Positions 46,243-62,442 of a stretch of DNA of 64,000 nucleotides are shown here, in pieces (position 1 is the first letter of the stretch; each line of letters starts with the position of its first letter). Origin of the DNA: Eledone cirrhosa (lineage: Eukaryota); the NCBI GenBank assembly GCA_964016885.1, contig OZ024742.1, positions 88,660,001 to 88,724,000 of the forward strand, written 5' to 3'. The position numbers and the translations under genes are program-made. Below the pieces are notes generated by a model. The model saw only the letters and a list, made by a program, of their open reading frames with translations, did no database searches and was not told where the DNA came from.

Positions 46243-47799
46243 ATAGACCTATAGATATATCGTTATGTTTGTCTCTGCACGTACTTTCTTGCTGTATTGT
46301 TGTTTGTGAGTACTTGTGTGCAATGACATTTGCTTCTTTATATCTGTGTCTGTATATCTCGTATACACCATTTCTCTCAGTTTTCTTTACCATGTTTATG
46401 TAGATAATATTTCTTACTAACTGTATTTAAAATGTATTCAATAGCATATAAAGTAAATCATCACCATCGACTACATGGCCATTACTAAAACAAAATAAAG
46501 AAATCATTATTTTGAACAGATCACTTGTATTATCAGTAAATTATCTATCATCAGACTTCTTAACATAATTTGAAGTACCAGTAGCGCGACCAATGTCAAT
46601 GTCCATTATACAAGAATGTGGGATATCATTTTGAAATACTATACTAATTTTAATATATCTGGCTGTCATATTGACAAACCAAGACGCATTATTATATGTC
46701 ATACCCTACGATTTATCAACATCAGCAATATCTCAATTACACCAAAACACATGACATTACAACAAACCGACACTGTTGTGTTGACATTCATTGTTTCGAC
46801 ACGAATTCTTGCCACAATATGTTATCATATTTATTTATTTCTTCATTTTTGAAACTCAATCATTGTTTTAGGTTCTACTTCCATCACGGACATTACTTAA
46901 CGACGCACATTGTCCTACTCCACTTAAAATTTCAGCCTCTTTCATCAATGTAAGTGCATCTAGTAATATCTGCGAGCTCTTCCCAATAATTGTGTGTGAG
47001 GTGTTCTCGGTAATTACGTTCATTTACTTTCTGAGTTAAAACCCCGCCAAGGTTTTTTTTTCCTTTTATCCTTACGAGTTTGTTAAAGTAAAGTATCAGT
47101 AATGCACTGCGGTTGATTTTATGCAACCTACACACCTCGCCCCAAAAGAAGAACTGTTGGCTTTGTGCCTGAATCAGAAACCATTATTTGGAGCAGTATC
47201 AAACATGATCAAGCAGGCTTGTGTTTTGAAGCGTTCCGCTATTGTCGATACTTTTATTTTAAATATCAAAAAATAAATTGTCAAATGTATTTCCACTTTC
47301 AAAACATTGTCAGATGTGATAGTGATGTGTCTACCAATATTTTATATGACGTCAACAGACGTTCGCTAGATATGTAGGCTTTTATATATATGTATGTATA
47401 TATATATTAACAAACACATACATATGCACACTCACACACAGACACACTCATATATATGTATATATGTTTGTGTGTGTCTGTGTGTGTATGTGTCTATGTG
47501 TGTATGTTGGTATATGTGTGTCGGCGTGTGTGTTGGGTGTATGGTTGTGTGTGTGTTTGATGGCACATACTTCGCGCTAGAATTTAGCCATTGCTTGAAT
47601 TTTCATTAACGCTTATGCGTGTGTGCAACACTGATGTGAATTTTTTGGACAGGAAGTGTCCTACATTCCCTGGCATAGATGTTACAGTCATGAACTTTGA
47701 CAACAGGAACTATTGGTTTGTTGAAATTTACTTTCATGAGCCACCTCAGACAGATTTTATCACATTGATAGAAGATTGTTAAGACATGCACAAAACTAG

Positions 47800-48420
47800 T
47801 ACGCACCAGCCTTTTGTACATGGCTCTTTTTTGTCACTTTTTAATCCAACTTTGTTGAGGCAGGCTGCCACAGTCATTTTATGTTAGCTGTCCTTGCTCC
47901 CCAACTCTTCTTGGCAGTTCCATTTCGAGTCCTTCCTCACAACCCTTTTTAATATATCATAAATTCTATGAATTGTATGAAAGGAGTAGTTTTCCTTCAT
48001 ATAGAGATTCCATACAACTTGTCTGATGTTTAGCAGATTATTCCGACAGTCATTTGCACACAGTACTTGAACCTCACCATAGCTTTATGAGAGTGTTTGC
48101 CATTCTTAAGCTCACCATAAAGCAGTTCCTTGGGTAACGTACAGTTTTCCATTTACACCATATTTCCTATATATCGGAGATCGTGCTTCTCAGTTAACTG
48201 TCTCAAAGGTCTTTGCCAGGTCTACAAACACTTAAAACAGATCCACTCTTTTCCCATATACTTTTCCTGAAGTTGTTTGGCCGTCCACTGAACCTCGGTC
48301 TAGTCAAAACATCACATTAACATTCCGTCAGAACATTGTCAGCAATGTGTTTCAAGCGTCTGTTAAGTATAACCCCGCACACAACATTTGATCCACTGAC
48401 AGCAGCGCTTTTACTGTATA
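47800..48420 (-). pseudogene. RTE/BovB-like LINE remnant
   Basis: AKQLQEKY, VFVDLAKTF and LPKELLYGEL motifs across broken frames. Confidence 0.65.
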
Positions 48421-51112
48421 GTTTCTATAGTCATCCATTCCGCCTTTACAGAGGACAACGGTTAGAATATCCTTCTAGTCATGTGCTACTTTCTCTTTCT
48501 GCCAATCTTTCTGTATCATGGTGGCAAAGTAAGTTTTCACTTACCTCCTTAAAGAGCTATACTAACAAGCTATCCATAATGGGAGAAATGCTGTTGCTAA
48601 TTTTCTGAAAAGCGGACTCCTTTTGTTTTAAATGAAGAACCTTTACGAGAGCATCTTTGGCAGGTCTGAATGGTATTGACACAAGAAACTGCTCATCGAT
48701 CACCAAAGGCTAATTTAGAACCTTATCAATGTGCTTTTACACTCTTCCTACTATTTCCTTCGGTTGCATGAGAAAATATTTTCCAGAATTAGAGCTTAAT
48801 GGTGCAATGGGTGAAGATGAAGTCTCCGTAACCCCCGAGAAAGAGATTATAGACAGCTTGGTCTCGTTGGTATCGGTGTCATATTTAATTGTTATTACCA
48901 ATAGTAACTGGCTTGGAGTATTGTAGACAGAGTGCCTTTATAACGGTCAGGGAAGAAAATTATATTTGCCTCCGCAAGGAATTGTATACATTGCAACAAC
49001 CTGCGATATGAATCAAAAGGAATATTCCACGTAATGTTTCCGGAATAGAATAGTTATTTTAGCCCAATTTAAAACAATCATAACAAACAAACGTAACATG
49101 TATCCTAACCACTACCCTGCTCTTGCGTAACACAGGCACCCCCCTTCATCGAACCTGCAAACACAAGGAAAGAACACTCACCACACTTGCACAAACATCA
49201 GGCATATCAGAAGTTCATCATATAAATCAATAAAGCATTCAGACAGTCGACGTCAAAAAATATATAAAATGGGTGTTGGAGCTAACATATTAATACGATA
49301 GCAGCACTGCGTTCTGGAACATATATTTTAAATAACTACATTTCATCTAATTTAATAGCATCACAGAAACATCAATATCTCACGCATGCCCCCTCAATTG
49401 AAGTCTCTTATTAAATAACCAAATCACGTAATCTGAACCAAACAATCATTCTTCTAACAACAATTTCCTAAGCTGCATCTTCCATACTGTTTATTTATAT
49501 ATCTGTCACGTGTTTCCGCCTAAAAATGGCTCTATGTATGTATCTGTATTTACATAATTTTGTATGTTACTGCAATTCAAGTTTCGTTTTTCTTTCTTTC
49601 TATCCAAAAGGATGAGGTGAGTATCCGTGAATTCTTCAGCTGCTCACTGACATTGTAAACATCGCTATGAACACTTGGCACACCAATACATTGCCACACT
49701 TATTTTATAGATGTGCTTCACTCGTCGCTTCAGTTATTATTTCACTATTTCTTCAGATATTTCTCATAAGATTTATATATTTGCATTGTTATATGTTTAT
49801 GATTTTAGGCAATTGATTTACTGAGTAAGTGCACACGATTGTTATGTTGTTGTTTTCAGAGTTAATTCTGAATTCGCTATATTGATGATGAAAGTGAGTT
49901 CAGTCCTGAGGATACCTTCATGTATATACGAATATATTCTCTAATGCACAACCGCAAAAAGCAAAGTGTGTTGCTATGTTTAGCATATAGAGCAACCACA
50001 CACAATTCTCGTTGAAGGCTCTGAAATATTAAGCGAGTCCTACTTCGTTAGATCTTAAGAAGATCCGACTATAACTATAACATATTTTTTATACGTAGTA
50101 TTAAAATAACCAATTTAAGGATATAGATGTTAAGTGCCCAAGTACTTGCTTGACGTTGGGTCTCTTCTCTGAAGACCTTCTTCCGTCCAGGTCTCCATAG
50201 ATTTTCTCACCACACCAATGTGTCTTTTTCTTTTTTTTCTTTGAAGCGTTTATTTGACTGGTATATCTACCAATTCGACGAACCATATATAGTGTGATTC
50301 ATTGGCTCGAAAATACTGATGTTTCGTGCAACGGCAAAAATTCGTTGTATTCTATCTTTTTCAAGTAAACCAAATTCATATGCCACCCTGTCAGGGAGAG
50401 AATACTGATCTGATAATATTTTAGCTAAACACTTTGCCGCATCAAAAAGGTTTTTTAGAATATTATCGTATCAAAGATAATATATGTTCGAAGAATATGA
50501 ACGGACAAGGATATTTTGATTCCCTTGTTAGCTTGCAAGCCAATCTAGATATGCCGTAAGACTAATGAACAACCTCAAGGCCCGATGATCCAGAAGATCT
50601 CTGAGTTTTCTTTGTATTTTTATGTTTTTTTTTATATTGTTTTAAGTTTCGAATTAAAAAATATTTTTCATTTTGCCATGATTTCCTTCGTTGCATTATC
50701 CTCTCTGTTAATTTTCCTAAGTTTATCATTAATAATCCGCGATGAACGTGTTATCTCTTCTCCTCCCTTAATTTAAATATCTTATATTTCTTAACATATC
50801 TTCCTTTATTCTTCTTGGTTTTTATTCTTTTTCTTTTTTTTTCTTTCGTTCTACACGACACTTTTTCCAGATGTCTGATAAAATGTTATGTGTACTTGTT
50901 AGATAAATTGCTATAAATTAATGGGTTTTTTTCTCGTCTCTTACTCCACTGGACAGCGTTTGGTTTGTATCAGACGCTGTGCCACAGGGTGGACCAGCAG
51001 TACCGCTGGTAGAGTTCGAAACTACCAATGAACCTGGAGTTCTAGTCTTTCGTTTGTATTTTTTTTTGCCTTGATTTCAGTTGTTACCTTGTACTCTATG
51101 TTAATTTTCCTT

Positions 51113-51197
<85 letters not shown>

Positions 51198-51200
<3 letters not shown>

Positions 51201-51359
51201 GATAAATGTATATTCCCTCTGATAGTTTGTAAACATTTTACATAGATCTATATGATATACATACCAACACACAGATATATATCGTAGAAACGATCGTAAA
51301 ATGATGAATTTTTTAATATAAGGAACTGTTTCTTTGTTTTTATTCATTATTTTTATTAA

Positions 51360-51362
<3 letters not shown>
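51198..51362 (+). mobile_element. Truncated copy of the family B pseudo-LTR (3' half of the long-stem-II HHR)
   Basis: GATAGTTTGTA..CATAGATCT..TAGAAACGATCGTAAAATGATGAA..AATATAAGGAACTGTTTC matches 63124-63275. (TA)n on both sides. Confidence 0.8.
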
Positions 51363-51428
<66 letters not shown>

Positions 51429-51477
51429 TATATAAATATATATATATTCTACTGGACGACCTATATATATATATATA

Positions 51478-53310
51478 TAACTTTGATAACTTTGATAGGT
51501 TTCGGCCAGTATTGGCCCAGGCCATGTCTAACTTAATACCACCACCTGGCGAAGTTTTACAGGTCAGTGTTTGGGCACCATGGCCCTCACGAGCAGAGAG
51601 GTATTGTTTACGGAGGCATATGCGGGTGTAGGAGGCTTATCCGGGATTTCTTGAAGGAATTTATCCAAACACGTCTTGAACTTGATGGGGTCTGTCTCTG
51701 CTTTGATGTCTTTTGGTGTAATGTTAAAGAGTGCAGGGCCAATTGAGGTGAAATAATTGTGCCGTATTGTTGTCATGTGATGCGAGTGAGATTTTGTCGT
51801 GGGCGGATAGCACGAGGCCCAAGCGTTGGGTGTATACTAAAGGTGATGCCAACATCATTTGGTCTAAGCTGATGGAATATTTTCCACACCATACAGATAA
51901 TGTAGCGCTCACAGCGCCGTTGGAGAGAATAAAGTTTGACCTTTTCTAATCGACTCCAATAGTCAAGGCTTGTCATGCCATCTATCGTTTTTGTAATTGA
52001 CGTTTGGGGTCCTTCAAATTTCATGATATTTGTTTCATGTGAGGTGACCACAGTGGACAACAGTATTCAAGGTGGAGTCGGGCAAAAGTGGTGGAGAGAA
52101 GGATAACAGTGTGGATATCTCCCGACTAGAAAGTTATGAGAATCCAGGAACACATTCTGCGGGCCATATCAACTTTTCTATTTATATGAGTGGCCCAGCT
52201 TATGTTGTTGTCCACAATAACTCCCATGTATCTGATGTTATTGGAAGCCACTAGAGTTTCACCTGAAGGAAGAGAGTATGGTAGTTTCAGGGCATCCTTT
52301 TTTCCAAAGTGGATTAATTCAAATTTATTCTCATTCAACAACATATTATTCATTTCTGCCCATTGGATAACAGCCAGTAGGTCTGACTGAAGGCAAGTCC
52401 GGTCATCCCCCTCACTGATGACCCTTTGGAGCTTGGAATCATGTGCTAAGATTCTGATGTTGCTGTGCTTGATGATGTCAGTAATGTCATTAATGTAGAT
52501 GATGAAAAGAAGTAGGCCCAACACAGTGCCTTGTGGGACGCCACAGGTGAATTTGGCAGGGCTTGATTTTACTCCTTCGACTACAGCATGCTGGGTTCTG
52601 GTTGTCAGGAAACATTTGATCCACTGTAGTAACCTTCCACAGACACCAATATTGGATAGTTTTTTTTTATGATCAACCCAGTCGAAGGCCTTGCTGAAAT
52701 CAAGGTAGGTGACATCAGTGTTGGAGACCTCTCCCAAAGCTCTAAAAACATCGTCAAAGTGATGCAGGAGCTGCGTTATGCAGTCACTTTCATTACGGCA
52801 CCCATGTTGGTTGGAGTTCAGCGGGCTGTTGCTTTCAAGAAAGTGGGTTATTCGTTATCTTACCACCCTCTTAAATACCTTGATCATATGAGAGGTGGGT
52901 GAGATCGGACGGTAGTTCACTGCAAGGGACTTATTTCCCGTTTTGAAGACTGGGAAAATGGATTGGGACAGAACGTTTTCAGGAATATAGCCAGTGTCCA
53001 GTGAGTTCCTCCACAGATTAGCAAGATGAGATGCAAGTTGGTGTCGACACACCTTCAGGATACAAGCAGGGGACCTGTCAGGGCCTACTGCTGAATTGTG
53101 TTTAATTTAGTTTATTGCCGCTAAGACATCAGGGGCGCCAAACGTTATGTCTGATATAGTGTGTTGGGGATTAACATCACTGATACGGCCCAGATAGGCC
53201 ATATCAGGGTTGCTGAAAACAGAGCAGTATTGTTTCTGCAGTATCTCGCCCATGGTTTTGGCAATGTCTTGGAGTGTGCCATTTTCATCTATTAGGGAAC
53301 CAACCGTACT
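51478..53310 (-). mobile_element. CR1-clade LINE 3' half (RT), degenerate
   Basis: NYRPISPTS, LDFSKAFD, GVPQGTVLG..YINDI, LYSLQRR. 3' hairpin GGCCAATACTGGCC and an (ATCAAAGTT)2 tail. Confidence 0.9.
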
Positions 53311-53411
53311 TTGCCAGGGAACGTTTCCACGAACCAAAGTATCGTCTTCCTGTCTTCCTCCGGTTGCAACGTTTTTTGAAATAACCACTTCTGCGTTTAC
53401 AGATTGACTTT

Positions 53412-54461
<1,050 letters not shown>

Positions 54462-54564
54462 AGAGAGAGACAGAGAGATAGAAGCAAAGAGATATTTAAG
54501 TTGTTAGTAATTCAAGAAATGTATTAATTTCAGATACGAAGCACTCAACAGCATACATAGAGTA

Positions 54565-54700
54565 TAATCAATGATATTAATAAATGGAAACTATATTTAT
54601 AAAACCATATTATTTTATTATATATATTTCAAGGGCACCAAAAACTTTGCTACGCTCTCATCAGATAAAATATAAACTTTGTTTCATAAAAAGTGACATA
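54565..54700 (-). mobile_element. Second family D pseudo-LTR fragment with a decayed HHR
   Basis: Homologous to 27652-27785; CUGAUGA is retained but GAAA is mutated. Confidence 0.65.
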
Positions 54701-56560
54701 CCCCAGGAACCAGACCTGGGGTATGTTCACCGATATATTCTGTATACTATTAGTGTGGTTACTAAACGGTAGGTCCAAAATGTTTTACTGACATCTTGTT
54801 GAAACAGGGAAAACTCATCTATACTGTCGAGAAATGATTGTGCTGCTCTTGTTCAACGGTTTAGGTGGAGGTAGCTGGTTTCAAAATATCTGTAGACAGA
54901 TCAACACAAGCTAGATTGAAGTCTCCCACCATTAGTATGTTACCAGAATGGCACTGGTGTATAAAACTATTAATGCATTTGAAACATTTTGAAGCACATT
55001 ATGGGCGTTTGATTTGGCTCATAGAGTCCAAATGATATCAGATCATTGGCTTTCTTGTGCATGGTGACTGATTCACAGTATCATGGGAGAATATGTTATT
55101 TCTGTATGCCTTAAAATAATCATGCAGAAAAATGGAAGTTTCTCCCTTCATTTGGCCGACACAATCCGTGCGGATGGTTGTAAATTCCTCATTTTCACTT
55201 CCGCCTCCAAGTGGGAATTGTCGTGATGGGTTACACTTTGTATAAAGAAAGGAATATAATGTGGATGGTTGTCAATCCAATCCTCAATGAATTGGACCTT
55301 CCAACTTTTTACTTTAATGGAAGGGCTGGCATTGAGTAGACATGTTAGAGTAGTGGCTGGCTTTGCCTGTTTAGGGGGTCGGTTTTGTGTTTGATTGTTC
55401 GTGACAGCAATATGAGGAGCTCATGCACTTGGGTAATAATAGCAGAGGTTGGGGCTGTGTGATAACTAGGTTTTTTCGTATCTTTATCACCAGGTACCTC
55501 ATGGCGTAAACAGGTTTTCCTTGTTTAGGGAGCAGTTGCTGACTGGAGATCGGGTTGCATAATTGGAGAACGTTATAGTTTTCTATTTTGGTTATGTGTT
55601 CATAACTTCGTATAAAATCTGGACCAGCATTACTACAGCAGGGGATGAATTTACTGTGGATTAGATGTTGTTTTGTAGTCTCATTTCTATTAGTGCATCA
55701 AAAGTTAGGCAGAAGTATGAAGTGACAATCGCGCTGCAGACATAATCTCTCGCGATGGGAATATCGGCAGATTTGAGGGTTCCGGGTTACATTCGATTTA
55801 GTGTTTTGAAGGTGTTGATGTTATTGTGCAATGTGTGGTTTCGTTTTGGCTGTTAGTTTTAATACGAATTGGCGTCTTGTTCCTGGTAGATGCCTGAAGA
55901 TTCAGTCACTGTGTGTGTAGAGCCTATGTCGTAATGAATAAAGGCATAGTGTGGGCTTTCGTGTTTCTGCTGTGGGGTGCACATGCTGCTTCATAGATTT
56001 TGAAAGATTTTTCGTACTGATGTTGTATTCAGTTGGAGTAGCAAATTTGGTTTTTTTAAAATATGTAGAGGAAAAGCAGTGATTTATTATTAGCGAGGTG
56101 TTACCAGTAGAAAATGATGAGGATGATGATGATGATGACAATTGTGGTGGTTGCTGATGGTGGTCTCTAAACGTATTCAGTGAATGTTGTAAATAAGAAT
56201 CTGAAAGTGAAGAATTGGTGACCGTGTGATGCAGTAAGTCTTCTATTGTGCTGAAATTAAAGGGTTGTACAGCTTGTTGTTTTTGTTGTTGTTTTTGTTG
56301 TTGTGTTGCACTAGCTGTTGTTGTATTCTTATCGATCTTCGGGGACAAGTGACTATCACCGGCACCCCCATCATTATCATCAAATATATATAAATTGTTA
56401 AAACATAAGCCTATCTAATTTTAGTTACCATTCAAACGTCAACTCCTGGTCAGTTTGAATGTTATGATGGGTAGTTTCAAGCCAACCAGATTTCATCACA
56501 TATATTTAGTTCAGCACACTCACGCCTACACACACCGTCCAATTTGTAATATTCATCTGT
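54700..56560 (-). pseudogene. CR1-like LINE 5' part (ORF1 remnants + APE), degenerate
   Basis: ILMVGDFNL APE motif at ~54920 and Cys/His-rich ORF1 remnants. Possibly the same element as 51478-53310. Confidence 0.55.
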
Positions 56561-56813
56561 TACTAAACTTAGTAACGGTAATTATCTGACTAATTGCTGA
56601 CTTACAATTAACGGATAATGATTTAGACGCCATGTATTGATTTGCATAAAGTGGTGAAGATGATGTGTAGGAGGATAAGCTATTTATAATGGTAGACGTA
56701 TTCTTATGTCAATATACATGCAGCTAATTTATATATAGCCTTGTATCTGTGTGTGTAAGCTGTGGGATACTAAAATGGAATTACTATATAAGTGTATACA
56801 TACATACATTCCT

Positions 56814-56870
56814 GATGATTCCTGATGATTTCTAAAGAATGAAACAGTTCTAGTCCTGTAGAATCTCATC
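56814..56870 (+). ncRNA. Type I hammerhead ribozyme (family A variant)
   Basis: GAUUC-CUGAUGA-U-UUC UAAA GAA-U-GAAA-CAG UUCUAGUC CUG-UA-GAAUC. Compensatory stem I change versus 38638; predicted cleavage after A56860. Confidence 0.9.
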
Positions 56871-57103
56871 TATATTAAAACTATATATATATATATATAT
56901 ATATATGTAGATAAATCTACCAAGAGTTTACGGTAGTGTCCAATCCGTATGAAGAACTCAATGTATTCCGGATATCATGGAAAGAAGAGATGTAATGAAA
57001 AATCACTTTCGGTGAAAGATAAACGGTATACAGAGTCAAGATAAAATATTAAACAAATAATGAATAAAACAATGAAACAGTTCCTTATATTAAACAAAAA
57101 AAG

Positions 57104-57258
57104 TTCATTATTTAACGATCGTTTCTAGGATATATATGTGTTAGAATTGGCATGCATATTCAACAGATCTATGTACAAAATTATACAAAATTATACAAAC
57201 TATCAAGATTAAATATACATACCAAACACACATATACGCCGTCTTCAGAAATAATGAA
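57104..57258 (-). ncRNA. Hammerhead ribozyme with expanded stem II (family B, left arm)
   Basis: Mirror of 63069-63223. Confidence 0.78.
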
Positions 57259-57877
57259 ATATATTTATTGATAATAACAACAATTCAAAATTTCAGGTCC
57301 GTTTGGGAACAAAATTGACCAATGAAAATACAAAAGGTTTTATGCAGTTTGGCGTGTGTATATACATGTAACTACCCCGTACACATATTTATACAAAGAT
57401 GTATGCTCAACATGCATACGCATGCCAAGAAGATGCATGCAAATACAAAATTTCAAGGTTAATGTCTCTGTAAGTTTATAATGCACAGATAAGATGCGTA
57501 TAGACACATAAATATGAAATAAGTGTATACACATATTCTCATACTCACACATATCCGTACACTCACACACACGCGTGCGTATATGCATAAACATACACAT
57601 AATTACGAACATACATACACACACACACCTCCACACACATATATATATGTGGATATAATATTATCATAAGCACATGAATATTAATTCACTCACATAAACA
57701 CTGCCACACACATTTAGATCAAGATACAGAAATTAGGTGGGAGGGGGGGAGAGGTCAGTATTCAACGGTTTGGGCAGACTGCTTATTTATAGATGTATCT
57801 ATAAAATAAGAAAAAAAATAAAAATTAAAAAGGAAAGAAAAGAAAAAGAAAAAAGAAGAAAGAAATATATCAAGAAA

Positions 57878-57976
<99 letters not shown>

Positions 57977-58058
57977 CACACATCTACACTTAGAACACAC
58001 ATACACACACATATATAAACATATACATATACACACCTACACACATATACACACATAC

Positions 58059-58101
<43 letters not shown>

Positions 58102-58377
58102 TACACATATAATCACACATACATATATAGACACACATATATATACACATACACGCACATATACATACACATACATACTTATATACATACAGATATACAC
58201 ATACATACCTATATATACACACAAATACATACAGACATACATACATACATACACGCAAATACTTACGCATCCATATATCGGTATATACATACAAACACCA
58301 CTACACTCTCACACAACTCAGACATACAAAGAAAAAGGTATATACCTATACACATATACACATACAAATAGAGATAC

Positions 58378-58439
<62 letters not shown>

Positions 58440-58630
58440 ACACATATACACACATATATATACATACACATACATACATGTACTCACACATACATATACA
58501 TACATACACACATACACACATACATATATAGTCATACACACACATACACCTACACGAACATACACATACACATATATAAAGATATCTATACACACACACA
58601 CATACACACACACACATATATATAAAATAA

Positions 58631-58683
<53 letters not shown>

Positions 58684-59240
58684 TACATACACATATACAT
58701 AGACATATATGTACATACATACAGATACATACATACATATACACACACATATATATATATACACACACATAGACACATACATACATACACACACAACATA
58801 CATACACACACATATATACTCGTACATAGAAATAGATATATATTCATACATACATACGCACTTACATATACTCATATATACAAATACATACGCATCCATA
58901 TATGCGTATATACATACAAACACCACTACACTCTCACACAATTCCGACATACAAAGAAAAAGGTATATACATATACATATATACACACATTAATAGAGAT
59001 ACATATACATATATATATATATATACACATACATTTATATATATACACCCACACACACATACAACCATAAACTCACATACAAACACACACATACACACAT
59101 ATATACATACATATATATACACACACACAAAAAAAACACACATACACATATATATTTTTTTACACATATATATATACATATATATACATATACACACCCT
59201 CACATATACACACATACACATAAGTTATATTATAATAATA

Positions 59241-59277
<37 letters not shown>

Positions 59278-59312
59278 CGAATATAGACATATATACACAC
59301 ATAGATATACAC

Positions 59313-59346
<34 letters not shown>

Positions 59347-61035
59347 TCACATATATATGTGCGCACACGTACATATATACACATACACACATATACACAT
59401 AAGCATATACATGTGCATACATGTACATACACACATATAGCCACATAGATACGAAGATAGACATATATATAGAGAGACATACATATATATACACATATAT
59501 ATATACACATACATACACACATATATATATATATACACACACACATACACGCCCACACACATATACACATATACACATATATATATATATACATATACAC
59601 ATATATATACACATGCATATATACACATATATATATATATACACACATATATATACACACAATCTTACATTCTTATTTGCATGCGCATATATGTATTTTT
59701 ATATTCAGATATAAATACCCAAACATATATACACCTACCTACATATATATTCATACATACATGCTTACAAACACAGATGATAATAGTATGGGGGAAAGTG
59801 GGGGGTGGAGAAGGGGATTATAGTAAATATATGTTTCAAGAAACATAGAATATTATCTGTATCTGGATCCCAATATATGTTTTTACATAGTTTCAGTGTT
59901 AGGAAATACAAGAAATAAGGCAAAATTATGCATTTCAAAATAAGTATACCATTAATTATATGTTAACTAAACTAAAGATAGTTAACATATTGATTTCTAA
60001 GGTGTAAATTAGTTAGGTTTATAATATTTGAAGCAGAATTTTGAAGTTAAATAGTAGTAGAGTATTAATTATAGTATAACTAAATTAAAGTTATTAACGT
60101 TATGGTATCAATATTAGGAAATGAATTTAGTAATAGGGAAAAAACAAATAAAGTATTACATCGGTAGTAGAATATAAATTATAATTTATATTCTATAATT
60201 TATATTCTACTACCGATGTAATACTTTATTTGTTTTTTTCCCTATTACTAAATTCATTTCCTAATATTGATACCATAACGTTAATAACTTTAATTTAGTT
60301 ATACTATAATTAATACTCTACTACTATTTAACTTCAAAATTCTGCTTCAAATATTATAAACCTAACTAATTTACACCTTAGAAATCAATATGTTAACAAT
60401 CTTTAGTTTAGTTAACATATAATTAATGGTATACTTATTTTGAAATGCATAATTTTGCCTTATTTCTTGTATTTCCTAACACTGAAACTATGTAAAAACA
60501 TATATTGGGATCCAGATACAGATAATATTCTATGTTTCTTGAAACATATATTTACTATAATCCCCTTCTCCAACCCCCCCTTTCACCCATACTATTATCA
60601 TCTGCGTTTGTAAGCGTGTATGTATGAATATATATGTAGGTAGGTGTATATATGTTTGGGTATTTATATCTGAATATAAAAATACATATATGCGCATGCA
60701 AATAAGAATGTAAGATTGTGTGTATATATATGTGTGTATATATATATATATATGTGTATATATGCATGTGTATATATATGTGTATATGTATATATATATA
60801 TATGTGTATATGTGTATATGTGTGTGGGCGTGTATGTGTGCGTGTATATATATATATATATGTGTGTATGTATGTGTATATATATATGTGTATATATATG
60901 TATGTCTCTCTATATATATGTCTATCTTCGTATCTATGTGGCTATATGTGTGTATGTACATGTATGCACATGTATATGTTTATGTGTATATGTGTGTATG
61001 TGTATATATGTACGTGTGCGCACATATATATGTGA

Positions 61036-61069
<34 letters not shown>

Positions 61070-61693
61070 GTGTATATCTATGTGTGTATATATGTCTATA
61101 TTCGTATGTGTATATATATATATATATATATATTATTTATTATTATAATATAACTTATGTGTATGTGTGTATATGTGAGGGTGTGTATATGTATATATAT
61201 GTATATATATATGTGTAAAAAAATATATATGTGTATGTGTGTTTTTTTGTGTGTGTGTATATATATGTATGTATATATGTGTGTATGTGTGTGTTTGTAT
61301 GTGTGTTTATGGTTGTATGTGTGTGTGGCTGTATATATATAAATGTATGTGTATATATATATATATATGTATATGTATCTCTATTAATGTGTGTATATAT
61401 GTATATGTATATACCTTTTTCTTTGTATGTCGGAATTGTGTGAGAGTGTAGTGGTGTTTGTATGTATATACGCATATATGGATGCGTATGTATTTGTATA
61501 TATGAGTATATGTAAGTGCGTATGTATGTATGAATATATATCTATGTCTATGTACGAGTATATATGTGTGTGTATGTATGTTGTGTGTGTATGTATGTAT
61601 GTGTCTATGTGTGTATATATATATATATGTGTGTGTATATGTATGTATGTATCTGTATGTATGTACATATATGTCTATGTATATGTGTATGTA

Positions 61694-61744
<51 letters not shown>

Positions 61745-61952
61745 TTATTTTATATATATGTGTGTGTGTGTATGTGTGTGTGTGTATATATATCTTTATA
61801 TATGTGTATGTGTATGTTCGTGTAGGTGTATGTGTGTGTATGACTATATATGTATGTGTGTATGTGTGTATGTATGTATATGTATGTGTGAGTACATGTA
61901 TGTATGTGTATGTATATATATGTGTGTATATGTGTATGTATATATATATATA

Positions 61953-61991
<39 letters not shown>

Positions 61992-62261
61992 GTATCTCTA
62001 TTTGTATGTGTATATGTGTATAGGTATATACCTTTTTCTTTGTATGTCTGAGTTGTGTGAGAGTGTAGTGGTGTTTGTATGTATATACCGATATATGGAT
62101 GCGTAAGTATTTGCGTGTATGTATGTATGTATGTCTGTATGTATTTGTGTGTATATATAGGTATGTATGTGTATATCTGTATGTATATAAGTATGTATGT
62201 ATATGTGCGTGTATGTGTATATATATGTGTGTCTATATATGTATGTGTGATTATATGTGTA

Positions 62262-62294
<33 letters not shown>

Positions 62295-62382
62295 TTATAT
62301 GTATGTGTGTATATGTGTGTAGGTGTGTATATGTATATGTTTATATATGTGTGTGTATGTGTGTTCTAAGTGTAGATGTGTG

Positions 62383-62442
<60 letters not shown>

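Noticed and set aside
49809-49899. Other short AG...GTRAGT exon-like stretches
   Set aside because: Weak pyrimidine tracts, not frame-preserving, and expected by chance in AT-rich DNA.
58265-59000. Internal ~625-bp-period duplication within each palindrome arm, considered as a CRISPR-like or satellite array
   Set aside because: Only two degenerate units in low-complexity sequence; it simply predates the fold-back.
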